A stretch of 51,725 nucleotides of DNA, counting the filler, from Jimgerdemannia flammicorona (lineage: Eukaryota): the NCBI GenBank assembly GCA_003990765.1. It is 2 parts of 2 records of this genome, joined end to end, with 100 filler letters (N's around TTAATTAATTAA, not from the genome) between each part and the next. Parts side by side here need not be neighbours in the genome. Positions count along the whole stretch, not along the records: positions 25,914 to 51,725 come from RBNJ01000789.1; 1 more part is not named here. One strand, given 5' to 3'. Position 1 is the first letter of the stretch, and each line of letters opens with the position of its first letter. Shown piece by piece: positions 25,950 through 38,483 of this stretch. Both the position numbers and the translations under genes were made by a program. The notes below the pieces were generated by a model. That model did not search any database and was not told the origin of the DNA. It saw only the letters and a list, made by a program, of their open reading frames with translations.

Positions 25950-28514
25950 TTACTCCTTCACTTCTCCTTCCTCTCCTTTTTCAACACTATCCTTCACTTC
26001 TCCTTCCTCTCCTTTTTCAACACTATCCTTCACTTCTCCTTCCTCTCCTTTTTCAACACTATCCTTCACTTCTCCTTCCTCTCCTTTTTCAACACTATCC
26101 TTCACTTCTCCCTCCTCCCCTTTCTCAACGCCATTGCTATCATCCACATCCACCTCCATCGGCCTGATTTTGCCATTATCATGGGCCTTGTCTTGCTCCG
26201 CCGTAACCTCCTTCCGCTCATTGGCCCCATCTCTACCCTTGCCCCTTCTCTCCCTGCTCCGACTCCTTTCGTCCCTTCCCTTTTCCTTCCTTTCATCGCT
26301 CCGACTCGCCTCTTTCCTCTTCCTATCCTCCCTATCGCCCTCCCTTCCCTTCCTATCCTCCCTATCGCCTTCCCTCCCCTTCCTATCCTCCCTATCGCCC
26401 TCCCTGCCCTTCCTTTCTGCACTTCTGCTCCTCCGCCTCCTCTTCACCGAGTCATCATCCTCATCCCGCCTCCTTGTCTCCCGATCGCGATCGTAATCAT
26501 CGTCATTGCGTCTGCGCCGATCCCTATCCTTATCTCCGTCCCTATACCTCTCGCGCTCTCTCTCCTTCTCCTTCATTCTTTCATAGCTTTCAAACTCGTC
26601 CTCAAACCTCCTCGACCCACCAGGCCTCGGCGGCGTCAACTCCCATCTTCTCCTTCCGCCATCGTCCCTCTCGCGAGACCGGTCCTTCTCCCTTTCCCTC
26701 TCCCGTTCTTCCTCATACCTCCTCCCGCCGCGCCTGTCGCGTTCGTCGTAGTCGTCGTACCGCCTACCCCCGCTCCCACCTCCACCGCGCTTCTCGCGAT
26801 CGTCGTGGTCATTGTACCGACGCCGATCGCGCTCATCCCTTCGCCGAGACGGCGGCGAGCGGCTCCGGCTGCGACTCCGACTGTAGCGCGCACGCCCGTA
26901 GTCGCGGTCACGGTCACGACCGTCGCCATGGCGGCCCGATGCAGAACGCGCCTGCGAACCTTCGCGGCTGCGACTGCGGCGGTTGTGGTCGTGGTCGGAG
27001 CCGGGGCCACGGGGGTCCAGGTCGTAGGTTGGGGAGCCGCGTCTGGTGTATGGTGAAGGAGGGGAGGAAAGTGAAGATGTGATCCATAAATTAACAAGAT
27101 TCTGCTTTTCAGAGTATTACGCATGTCACAGCCATAACCACATTTTTCCAGTCATTTTTTTTTTTCGTGTTATATATCTTCACCTCATTTTTCCGACACC
27201 TCGTTGTCGCCTACCGAGCTTCCCTTCCTGAACGAACGTGCCAGGTCAAGGCTACCCGACACAACAGGAGGATAGCGCGTGCAACTTGGCAAACGGAACA
27301 TAACGCAGAGCCGCAGGAGTGCATCACGAAATTATAAGCTGAGGTATGGGTGCTTACCTAACAGGCGCCGGAGGCGCCACTGGAGCCGTGTACGTTTGGC
27401 TGTCATAATCTTGCAACTTCAGGCCGATGTCGCGCGCGATGGGGACGGGAATACGCGGGAGCATCGTGCCGAGGAATTTCTGCTCCGTAAGGAGGTCGCG
27501 ACAAAGGCGTCCAATGGTTCTGAAGTAGGTAGAAAACGATGATACGGTGGGGTATACAAGGTAAGCTAAACAGATAGGACACACTAAAATGACATCGGGA
27601 TAATTCTGCGTTTATGTTCTTCGATGCCGGTGGTTTTTTGGTGGTACGTACGTTGTGATGGGACGGACACCTCCGGAGACTTGGATAGGCTCTTCGTCCT
27701 CCAGGTAACCGTCGAACCATTCCCACAGCTTGGCGGGGGCACAGACGAAGCGGAGATAGAGAAAACCGATGCCGCGGATGTATCTATTTCCAATGGAAGA
27801 TGTTCCAATGACATTGAGCGAAGTCAGATATTGCAGAGGGGAAAAGGCAAGAGGGGATAACAGCAAAGAAGCAGCACAACAAGGCAAGATAGGTCCAAAG
27901 CAAGATGCTTACGGCGAGTCAACATGATCAATAAGTCCTTCAACCTGCTTGATAGTTAACTTCAGCGTCCAGAGCTTGTAGAGGAGGCAGAACGCGGTCG
28001 AAGGTGTGGTATTCTTAAGGAAAGGCTCTGTTGCGTTGGATGCAGTTTAAGGCGTACATCAGATCTTGTTGTACAGGCGGGAGGAAGAAGCAGCATTGAA
28101 GTGAGATAAAGGAAAAGTTGGTTTGATTACCTACCGAGGTTGGTCACTGTGGGATGAGGCAAGAGACAAGGGAACATGGTAAGAATGGATGGCAAAGTTC
28201 GAAAGCAGAAGCAAAGCACGGAAAAGTGTAAGCACATTTCATACCGTTGTTATAAATCTCGTCGATCACTTCGTGATACGTTTTCTTATCGCTGTGAGTG
28301 TGCAACGGCAAGTTGAAGGTTAGCATCACAATTGCAACTTGGGTTCAAAAATCAAAGACAAGAGAGGTATGATGAACCTCACAGTTCGTCGAGCGGACAC
28401 GTACTAGAGGGTCTTGAAGTAAGGAGAAGCGAGGATATTCTGGTATACAATTGGATTCATGTTCATTGAGACCTCGTTGCCCCATGTTTCCAACTTGTTG
28501 CTTTGCTTCGACAT
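25950..28514 (-). CDS. PRPF38B: Pre-mRNA splicing factor PRP38B-like with RS/RD-rich C-terminus, multi-exon
   Basis: MSKQSNKLETWGNEVSMNMNPIVYQNILASPYFK; KKTYHEVIDEIY; STAFCLLYKLWTLKLT; YIRGIGFLYLR; MLPRIPVP; long Arg/Ser/Asp tail. Confidence 0.92.
25953..26135 (-). repeat. Coding 36-bp tandem repeat (~5x VEKGEEGEVKDS)
   Basis: Visible in both DNA and translation at the C-terminus of PRP38B. Confidence 0.9.
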
Positions 28515-28965
28515 GATTGCGGAGACGGCAAGAAGGAAAACATCCTAAGCAGTGATGTCAGCTCGTGTTCTTGACATGAAAGACGTCAGCCATCACGTGA
28601 ACCAACTAGCATAATTAGATGGCGCTATGCTGGATGCGAGCACGTAATTATCAACTACCCGTAGCCGTATCATTTTAATATGTCGTTGAGCCTATTTACA
28701 TTGTTACGTTGGCTAAGTGGCTAGGATATTCTGCAGCCGAAGACAAATCTTTTGAAGAAAAAAATATACTTTCCCTAATCCACCCCCCTCTCATGTGGAA
28801 CAAAAGAAAAAGAAGAAAAAAAGGACGCATGTTGTGCGAATACCCCTAAAAATACCTTTACTACATAGTAAGTTACAATAGACCCAAAACCGTTCCACTA
28901 TAGCTCGATCCCGATCCCACTCATAACCGAACCCCTCAACTTTGGGCAGGTGCAACCGGCGCACC

Positions 28966-30668
28966 CTAAACGTACCCCTTTACCCCATCTAGCAGCATCC
29001 TGCCCTCGGCACGCATCTGGTCCTCCGTCCAGCGCCCCGCTGTGCCCTCGCCCCTGGCGTTCGAGCCTGCAGGTGGTTCGTCGATCAGCGTGGCCCAGAA
29101 AGAGCGATACTGCTCCACGAGTTGGAGTTCGGTGTGACCATAGGCTTGCTGAGAAGTGGTTGAACGGAATTAAAAACCAGACAGAAATCAGGGTAAGAAA
29201 CCGACACCATTTTCGAATTTTACAAAGCAGATTATCCATCGTCTTCCCCCGCTACACATACCGTCCTAATCCCGTTCGTGACCTGCTTCCTCAGCCTCTC
29301 GAGCATGATCCTTGCCCAATCCTTGAACTGTGGGAACTGCCACAGCGACTGCCTGACAAGCTCCTGGTGCCTGAGTATGAGCTCAAACATCTTGAACGCC
29401 TGCGCGGCGAGGGCCCTGGCGAGCTCAGCGGTGATGAAGGCGTAGAACTGGCGGGAGCAGACAAGGGCGGCGACCCATGCGCGGCGGGCGGCGACGGACT
29501 GGAAGGCAGGCGGTGTCTGGAGGTTAGCGCGGAATCCGTCGTGCAAGGACTCGAGGATGCGAACCTTGGCCGGGAGGACGTGCGGCTGCGCCGTGTCGCG
29601 TAGGATGGTCACCAGAGCCGTGCGTGTGAAGGCCGTGAGGTGTGCGGTGGCGAGGAGGGGCGGCCCCGTGGACGGGGTGGTATTTTGCGCATGACTGAGG
29701 AAGGTGAAGCTAGATTCGAGGCGCTTCAAGAGGCGGAGGCGGCCCGACGTGGTGAGGGGGCGGAGAGCAGGGCGTCGCGATCGGGTGGAGCGGGAGGAGG
29801 GTGGTGGTGGTACTGGGTTCAGGCGGGGGTCCATGTCGTTGAGGAAGCGAGAGATGCTACGGTGGAGGAGGTCTGGGACGTGAACGCCACAGGCGTCAGG
29901 GGCGAGGCTCGAACAGCGTTGCTGGAGAAGGAGGAGAAGGGTCGCGAGATACTCTTGACGGTGAATCGTGATGGGCAGAGTGGCGAAGGTGAACACGAAG
30001 TCGACCGTAATCTTGACACGGTCGCGGATGAAGCGTGACGAGGGTGTGTCACTTCCGCAACCGGCGACGCCTCCGCATACATTGTCGACGATTATTTGAA
30101 GAATTTTTGCGTCAAGCTTTTCTATGAAGGTGACGAGGGCTCCTCTGAGGGATAGGAGGAGTTCGACGGCATCAGCACCTCCCTCAAGGCATCGCATGTT
30201 CAGATCGAAAAGCGAGGACAATGCCTGATAGCACACGTCCCGACACGCGGTCGACACTTGTGACAATCTCCATAGCTCGTGGAAGGAGAGATATTGTGCA
30301 ATGTAAGATAGAACGTCATCGGGAAGCGAGCTAAACTCGCACAGGGCGGCTTTGATACTGACGGTGGTTGGTACCGGCCTAACAATCCCCAGAATACTGA
30401 TGGTGGTTGGTGCCGGCCTAGCGATCCCCAAAATATTGGCGGTGGTGATTGGTGCCGGCCTAGCAATCCCCGAAATACTGACGGTGGTTGGTGCCGGCCT
30501 AGTCCCCAGAGACGAACCCTGCTGTAGGTGGACCTGGAATGGGGTACGGCGTTGGCGCTTTGGAGCGGACGTATGGTTGGCAGGGCTGCTATCCGGTATG
30601 TGTTTGCGTTTCTTTGTGGCTCGAAATTTTGTTGTTATCGCGGGGTTATCTGTGGTACGGTCGGCCAT
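28966..30668 (-). CDS. F-box domain protein (2 exons)
   Basis: F-box FSSLPDDVLSYIAQYLSFHELWRLSQVSTACRDV. Intron GTATGT(29261)..CAG(29149), last exon QAYGHTELQLVEQY...VKGYV*. Confidence 0.8.
30355..30508 (-). repeat. Coding 39-bp tandem repeat (4x ~LGIARPAPTTISI)
   Basis: GTRPAPTTVSIS/GIARPAPITTANIL/GIARPAPTTISIL/GIVRPVPTTVSI immediately before the F-box. Confidence 0.85.
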
Positions 30669-31051
30669 GGTTGCGAAGAAGAAGAGGAGGAGAGACGCCA
30701 TTCCCCCACAAGGAAGAAGAAATGTGCCCAAAGATGGGAAAATGACGTGACGTCACTTTATCAGCCTTTCTTGTGACTGCCTTTCATCATCACATTCGTG
30801 CCCTTCCAACCTGTAACCCAACCCAGACCATTGGTGTAGCCCGTGTTATTTTTTTCCCTATGAGCCAGCGTCCCTGTATTCCGTACTGTACGTCTATCAT
30901 TTCCTTCCTTTTCAGATTATGTAGACAACATCCTTTCCGTATGTGAATAATACCGACCAAACAGTATTTTCAACGGAAATGTATAGAAAGCCAAACCCCA
31001 AACACATCAATTATAAACGTAGTACACGTAAAGTAATAACCATCGTCTCAG

Positions 31052-31885
31052 TTACCCCTCCTGGTAGACAATTTCCGTCAATCTCTTCCGCACCACGCGT
31101 TCATAAACGTTGAACACCTCTTGGGCGTCTCTCCCCAGGATGAAGAAACCTGAAAGCAGCAACGTCAATTTGAGAAAGCACAATGTGATTCAAGGGGTTA
31201 GAAACAATGTCTACAGACACAAAACGCCACCATCATGCCACTTACCATGGTTTCTCCTGATCCAGACCTTATACTCTGGCCACGGCCACTTCCTCAGCAA
31301 CTGCATCATCTCCTCCGTATCCTCCCTCGTCGAAAACCGCGTCTCCCTCTCGCTCAATGGTATCCCCCACACCCTCAGCTTGTCCTCATCCTTCGCCAGC
31401 GCATGTCCATGCATCGCGAACAGCGGCCGCTCGGTCCACCCGAGTTCATGCGGGGCACGCACAAGGCACACCCAGTAGAGTGGTGTGTCGGACGTCGGGG
31501 CGTGGGTCAGAGTGGCGGACGAGAAGGTGCACGACCAGGCGGCGGTGTCGAAGTTGTGGACCAGGCACATGTCCGTAGCGGGGTCGAGCGCGTGGAGGTG
31601 CTGCTTACCGGAGCGGGAGAGGAGGAGCTGTGGAGGGGTCGAAGTGTCGGGAAAGGAGGAAAGAACGCAGCACGCGTTGCCGCCGGTCTTGCCGTCGGGG
31701 AGGACGGGGGCCGCGCCGTCGCGCTCCATCAGAGCGATCGCCTGAGCGAGTTCAGAGGCGCGGGAGAGGAAGGTCTCGTCGGATAGGAGCGTGGGAGATA
31801 AGGGTTCATCGTGACGTTGGAGCTCGAAGAGGATGCGTTTGGCGTCCGGGTCGGAGAGGGGTAGGTGCTCGCTTGGGTCCGACAT
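31052..31885 (-). CDS. Class II aldolase/adducin-fold protein (2 exons)
   Basis: Ordered motifs GGN, SRSG, PTSDTPLYW, HGH and, after splicing the intron at 31245-31150, RRNHGFFILG. These parallel GN, TPSG, PSSExxxH, HxH and NHG of the FucA/AraD/MtnB family. Confidence 0.68.
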
Positions 31886-31957
31886 TTGTAGGAGCGCAGG
31901 ATTTCGAATGCCCTAGATGACGCCACGGCTCAGCCACCACACACTTCGCTCAATATC

Positions 31958-32737
31958 ATGAGCAACTTACGAATCCTCGTCTGCGACCCCGCCTTTATGG
32001 CGACCATCATCACACTAGTTTTTGCGCTCCTAGTGGTAAGCGCACGTGCTTCCTTCCTTCCATCTCCCCGTCCCCAACCCTAATCATTAGCCATTCCCAT
32101 CGCCAGTTCTCACAACCATCCTACGCCGCGAACCCGGTGACCTTCTGCAAATGCACCTGCGGTGCGAACAGCAGTATTCTCGAGCTGCCAGCTAACGAGA
32201 CCAAGCCATGCGCTCTCTGCAACAAGCAGTATTGCCTCGAGAAAGTGGTTAACGGAACTTGCGAGGGCATCCGCGACAGCACCTGCCCGAGCACGGACTT
32301 CAAGTCGGCATGCTTCGGTGTGTGTCCGTTGGTGGGGGATCGGGATAGGGAGTCGCTGTTGGTGGAAATTTGGGTCCTTCGATTACGTCGCGTGTTGGCC
32401 GGTTTGCCTTGATAGTTTCTGTGGGATATGCCCGTACTTATCAAAACTATCTCGGATTTATGTATAGCGCGCGATTCCGTCAAGGACGAAATCATTGTGT
32501 CGTCCTTTCTCGTCATCACTATTGGGCTCCTAGCCATTGCCATACTGCGACCCTACGTGACCAATTGGTGGCGGGTAAATCCAAACTCCTCTCTTTGACG
32601 GCTTGGGGGAGAACTGCTCGCTGGCCATTCGCACTTTAACCTAATTTTCTGCTTCGTCACATGTTTCCATGTTCACCATTCAGCAACGGCAAATCCGCAA
32701 CACGTACAGCTCCATGCCCAACGCGGGGCCTTTGTAG
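31958..32737 (+). CDS. Small Cys-rich single-pass membrane protein (4 exons), uncharacterised
   Basis: Hydrophobic N-terminus; FCKCTC..CALCNKQYC..C..C..CF-ARDSVKDEIIVSSFLVITIGLLAIAILRP (TM); short tail ending at TAG 32735-32737. Confidence 0.75.
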
Positions 32738-33561
32738 GATGTTTTGGAATGTTCGTTTTGAAATGTTCGTTTGGGGCGCTGGATAGAAGATCATTGATCA
32801 TAATAATGGTGATCTGTGGAATGATATGGATGCCTGTAATGTAAAAACGTCACGCTTATTGCAATCCCACCATCCCGAATTTGAGTATTAACGGATCGAA
32901 AATCTGGATTGTGTTGGTGTGGATGGGGTTGACAGAGCTGGGGCACTCCATTTATCCTATTGTATTGATGAGTCTGGCTGTCCGCGCCTTCCAATTTGAA
33001 GGGGAGACGGGGCGGAAAGGCGCATCATTGATACGTGATATTCTATTGAGTGCGTGAATAAGGATGTCTCTTGATTATAATAGCAATGTATTAAAAACAA
33101 GGTCGTCGTCCTATTCATCTACGAAACTGTTCGCTCAATCAGCATGTCACATCAGTTCGCATCGATGCTATACTTTGAAGGCTCTTTTGAATCACTTCCC
33201 ACTGCAATCCCACGTTGAATTGCGGTATTCATTTATCTATCAGTTGGCTTGGCCATTGTGGACGATATCAAAGAGTGTGTATATCCAACTCACCATCTAC
33301 CATCTACGATACATTCATTCACAAATTCTACGAGCACCGGCGTGATGAACAGGAAGTGGAACGAAACTGATCCCAGCGTCAGAAGCCCAATCCTTCAATT
33401 ATATAAAAGCGCTCCCGAAAACACTCGACCTTCCTCATCCCAGCTCAAAGCATCTACAACAACTCCTACAGCACCAACCCAAGCAAACACCTCCAGCGCC
33501 TACCGTACAAACTACTCCCGACTTCCCAAACCTTCCTTCCCAAACCACGCTCCACATCATC

Positions 33562-35604
33562 ATGCACATCCCAACCCTTTTCTGCGCCGCCGCCCTACTC
33601 CTCGCTAGCCTGACCCCGCGCGCCGCCGCCTCCGGCAGCACTCTCGACGTAAGCGTGATCCTGCGTGGCGGCGAGGACTCGCAGAAGCAGGGTACCACGG
33701 ACTCGATGGCCTCCGAGGGCGCCAAAGAGGGCTGCCCGGCCGTCGTCAACTACCCTAGTCGTAAGTAATCCCGGTTTTTTTCCTGTGGAGTGGTTCGGTT
33801 TTACTTGAACGCGCGAACGCGATCATCCCGCCTGATTTCGTGGCATCTTCAGTGAACCGTCGCGACACTGTTCTTCTCCCCTCTTGCAACTCTGCCTCGA
33901 CCTCCGTAAAACCCATCCCTGCCGTCATCGCCGCCCGCCTGTCGACCGTGACCGTCTCCCACCGACCGACGACGACGCTGTACATGCATCCGCTGACGAC
34001 GGACACCATCAACCCGTAAAAATAGAGCACACGGCATGCAACCTGAACTTGGTAGTCCCCACGGCGGAGGACGAGCAAGAATTTACACAGGCGGTGCCCA
34101 AGGCCGCCCAACAGTCCGATTTCGTGCTGGCTATGGGCTACTTTGCACAGAAGGCCGTGCATTCTGCCGCGCAGCAAAACCAAGACAAGAAGTTCGCCAT
34201 CCTCGACTTTGAGTTTACACCGCCTGTGCCCAATATCGCTAGCGTGCTATTCAAGGACGACCAGGAGGGTTTCCTGGCGGGCTTGCTGGCAGGGGAAATT
34301 GCGAGCAGCAGAAACAAGAAGGTCGCGGGTGAGTTTTGAGATGAGAGCCGATACGTATATCTTTCTAGATTTTCGTAAAGCCCATCCAATCGTCTTCGCC
34401 TCTCTCTACGATAATTTCTAGTCATCGGCGGTGTCAATCAGCCCGACGTTAGAGTAAGCAACCCACATGACGCCAGAAATCTACGGTGTATATATCAATC
34501 AATCACACCACACTAATCCATCCTCACAATTCCATCCTTTTCCCCAGCGCAAGGTCAATGGCTTCGCCAACGGTGTCAAGTACGCCTGCCCTGACTGCAC
34601 CCCCTACTGCATCTACACCAAGTCGTTCATCAACGAGCACCGTGAGAGCGACTCGATTGCGGCCAGCATTCAGGCGCTGAACGGCGTCGACGTCGTGTAC
34701 AATGCTGCCAGTATCACGGGCACGATGACCCTCAAAAAACTGACGACCGAGAACGGAATCCTGGCCATCGGTGATACCACGGATGAGGTGTGCAGTCCTG
34801 CAAGGAGAGAAAGGCGTGGGTCAAGGGGTAGTCGGAAATAGGTGGCATGTGTGTACTGATGTTTGGTTGATTTTTTTCTGTAGTGGATTACTAACTGGGC
34901 CATGGGGTCCGTGCCCGGGTCGGAGAAGGTCCTCACATCCGTTATCCGCGACTACAGGTACTGCCAATGCCCAAATAAAATTTTCACCGCATCCTTCACC
35001 TTCATCCTTCACCTTCATCCTTCACCTTCATCCTTCACCTTCATCCACATCCTGACTATCCTACTCTTTCCCTCGCTTTGCAGGGTCATGGTTCGCGAGC
35101 TCATCAAAGCTGCCATGAACAATAGCTTCACAACGGGGCTGACGCTCCTGTACGGCGTAACAAACAATACGGAGACGACGGTGCTGCGACTGGCGGACTG
35201 CCATGAGGCGTGCGACGTGTACAACGCCGACCTGCGCCGCAAGATGGAGGACTATATGACCAAGCTGGGCAGCGGCGAGATCAAAACCGACATCGACCAC
35301 AAGAGCGGCATGTGGAAGACCCAGGGCGGCGGTACATGTTGGCCCTTGCCGATTGAACAAATCGTCTGATGTTGATCACTAATCGTCGAATTTTCGCGAT
35401 TACGATTCTGTAGGCGGCACCCAGTGCAAGAACATCGACAGCGTGCCTTCGAAGGCAGCCAACAACAGCCACCAGAAGAACGCGACCAAATCCGAAGGTT
35501 CGTTGACTCGTGGTGGGGCTGTGGTGGATGGGGCGACGTACTATGCTGGCGTTTTGGCCCTGTTGGTCTTGTCGAAGGTCATGGTTGACGCTGGATTGAT
35601 GTAA
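33562..35604 (+). CDS. Secreted, probably GPI-anchored BMP/PnrA-family (periplasmic binding protein type 1) protein, ~7 exons
   Basis: Signal peptide MHIPTLFCAAALLLASLTPRAAA. BMP motifs DKKFAILD, NIASVLFKDDQEGFLAGLLAG, KVAVIGG, NGFANGVKY, GVDVVYNAA, AIGDTTD, VLTSVIRD. C-terminal small-residue site plus hydrophobic tail YAGVLALLVLSKVMV. Confidence 0.85.
34991..35045 (+). repeat. (CCTTCA/ATCCTTC)n microsatellite in a BMP-gene intron
   Basis: Direct reading of atccttcaccttcatccttcacc... Confidence 0.85.
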
Positions 35605-35968
35605 GAGGAAAGCCGGGCAAGAGACGTAAGCAGTGGGAAAGCTGTGCCGAGAGCTTGTTGGCTTTAATAGTTAGACGTAGCATATCGAGTAAACGAATAC
35701 CTACATAATACATGTCCTGATGTAATGGAAGCGTTGATGTCAGGGGACCAATTTTCAATTTTTTTCTCGCAATAAGGTTTTCCATGGCGCCGGGCATATT
35801 CCTAAAAACAGGGATTACAGTGATCTATGGTCACATGATCAACAGTCAGGCAACTTGGTGACTGGCTCTCCTTATATTCATTCAACCTCGCGACATGACT
35901 CAAAATCAACTTCCTTTTCCTTCCAACCTTCCCACCCATCCACATACCCTACTCCACTCATAATAATA

Positions 35969-37677
35969 ATGGCTGACCTTATCGACAACACCGAGCCCGC
36001 CATTGCTACCATTCCCGAGCATCTGCGCAAAAGGCTCGAAGAAGAGGAGGCCAAGTCCTCGTAGGTAGCTCCTCCACACGTGTCTTCAAACGCGGCTTTG
36101 GAATTCTCACGCTACGCGACCACCCAAAGCAAAGAGAACCGACCCCGAGACAATACTGAAGTTCGTTACTCTACGTACGATATATTAACCACCCTTCTTT
36201 CGTTCGTTCTCCTCTCCTTCATCAGTCTCACTATGGAGGAATGGGACGCTAAGCATGCCGCTGTCGAGGAACGCAAGAAGAAGCTCGAGACCGAGCGCAT
36301 TCAAAAGGTCCGCGAAGACCTAGAGCGCGCCAAGGAGGTCGCCGACAGGATCAAGGCCGAGGCCGCGGAGAAAGACGCCCAGCTGGATGCGCTGAGGGCG
36401 AAAATGGCGGACGCGGAGAAGAGGAAGGAAGAAATTGTATGTGAGAAAAATTACTATGTGCCCTCTTTGGGTGGCGCGGTGGGAAGCTAATGACGCGTGT
36501 GTTGTGTGTGCAAGAGTGTTTTTTTTTTTTTAATGCACACAAAGCGATTACCATTTTGACCAATTTGCTCCACCCTCCCTCACGTCAAACAGGAAAAGCA
36601 GAGGATCGGCCGTATTGAGCACCACCACCACCAAGTTGATAAGATGAGAACGGCAGAGGAAGAGATGTAAGTAACGAAACGTCACACCCTCGTGTTGATC
36701 GCCCGAAATTGTGGTAACTAATTCCATCTCGCGAAACAAATCCCAAATTGAATATATTAGTCAAGAGCGCACCAAAGAGATCGAGGAGAAGCTAGCCGCC
36801 GCTGAAGGGAGGCGTAAGGTTAGTAATATTATGATTTTGTATGTATGCATGCGACAACTTTTATATTTGAAAATTGGTTAATAAATTACCTGTCATTGAT
36901 TCTGTGCGTACAATGGTAACCCCAGGCTATTGAGGAGGAGAAGATTCGCAAGGCCCACGTCGAAGTCCGTCGCAAGTCCGAAAATTCGGACGAGCTGTAT
37001 GTTTGTTGTCTTGTCTCATTTGGGGAGACTACTCTCAGTAGTCCTCTTTGGAGCATGCAACATATATATTAATAATTTTCTTTCCTCCCAACCCAGCCTA
37101 GGAAAGAAGATCGAGGAGAAGTTGGCCGCCGCCGAAAACAGGCGTATGGTATGTGTGATTTCTATTTCCTAAATAAGTATGCTCGCGGATATATTAGGGT
37201 TAGCCCATTTGAACCCTTTGTTTTTCCTCTCGTCTCACCGTATCACAAATATATCCTCCTCGACACCACTGATCCGCATAAACCATAAAGTCTCTTGACA
37301 AAGAGAAGATGCGCAAGATTGAAGAACGTCTACAGAAGGTCGAATTGAACGAGAGGCCTGGGTAAGCAGGAGGTCATTCACTCACCGTCGGTTTTGATTT
37401 TGTAATTTTTTTTTTTTTTTTTTTTTTCCAAACTTCATCCTGATCGAGCCCTTTACATCCGCCGCATCATTTCGGCACCGACGCGTCCTGCAGTCCCACC
37501 ATTTCTAAGGAGGATGTTGACGCCAAGCTTGCCGCGGCTGAGGCACGCCGCAAGGAGGCCGAGCATGAGAGGTTGGAGAAGCTGCAGGAGAAGGAGAAGT
37601 ACGCCAACGAGGTGAGGAAGCGTGGGGCCGAGAATGCCCCACAGGATGCTGACACTGACAAGACCGCGGCCGTCTAG
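35969..37677 (+). CDS. Coiled-coil protein with repeated stathmin-like motifs, ~8 exons
   Basis: Spliced product contains LTMEEWDAKHAAVEERKK, LRAKMADAEKRKE, EIEEKLAAAEGRRK, KIEEKLAAAENRRM and ISKEDVDAKLAAAEARRKEAE. Stop TAG 37675-37677. Confidence 0.72.
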
Positions 37678-38223
37678 GCTTACTTGATATTTATGTATGG
37701 GTCGTCGAAAATTTTTTCGAATGTGAACTTCGGCTTCTGTACCGTGTTCTTTCCTTTCTTTTGTACTTAGTTCTTGATATTCGTTTTATAAGAAATGTTT
37801 GCTGTGCATTTTCCGTATTTCGTCTGATGGTTGTATTGGTATGGGTTGAGTGTGGGTACCATATGGAGACTTGACCCGGTTATAATGAATGGTGACTGTG
37901 AAACCAGATGTCGATTCAGATGTTGGATCATCGGAATGCCACTACGTTTAAGATGACCTGGACTTGATTGCTCAAGCTACATAATGCCGACTGTCACTCA
38001 AATGGCCCGCGTAAGCTCATCGCGAGACCCATTAGGACGTAAGGACACTACGTAGTGTATTTTGTGTCATGCAGGCTGTAGACGGCTGGCCGAGTCGCGA
38101 AAAGCAACCCAGTGAAACGTTCAGGTGTAACGAGACATTTACCATAGCTATATCGAGAATGTAATCATGAAATGTCGACTCGCGAATCCAAACAAGTATA
38201 TAAACCTATCATCCTCGCCGCAA

Positions 38224-38483
38224 CCCTCCGATGATTCGACCCCTTTCTTCCTCCCAACCTAGCACCCAATCCTCTGTGCAGCAACCTCGCGATCGGCCTC
38301 GAACCTGTTGGTAACCTTCGCGACGACCTCTCCTTGGTTGCTCGGCCGGTTGAAGTCGTCGGAGGGAAGTACGGGAATAGGGTCAGCGATATTGCCGGGG
38401 CCCGGGATATCTTCCCCAGCGTCAAAGTTCGACGAACTGGGTGGTCTCGAAGCACCTCCGAAAACCCGACCCGACCTACTTCC
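38224..38483 (+). ncRNA. Candidate structured non-coding RNA, family unassigned
   Basis: GC-rich island downstream of TATATAAA (38197-38204) with several nested helices (see findings), followed by a T-rich tract. Confidence 0.35.

Noticed and set aside
26181..27082. Long plus-strand ORFs (291 and 202 aa)
   Set aside because: Antisense shadows of the low-complexity RS/RD exon of PRP38B.
38362..38480. RNase P/MRP-like motifs (GAGGGAAGTACGGG ... ACCCGACCCGACCTA)
   Set aside because: Spacing (~90 nt) is too short, P4 pairing is imperfect, and there is no P1 partner.
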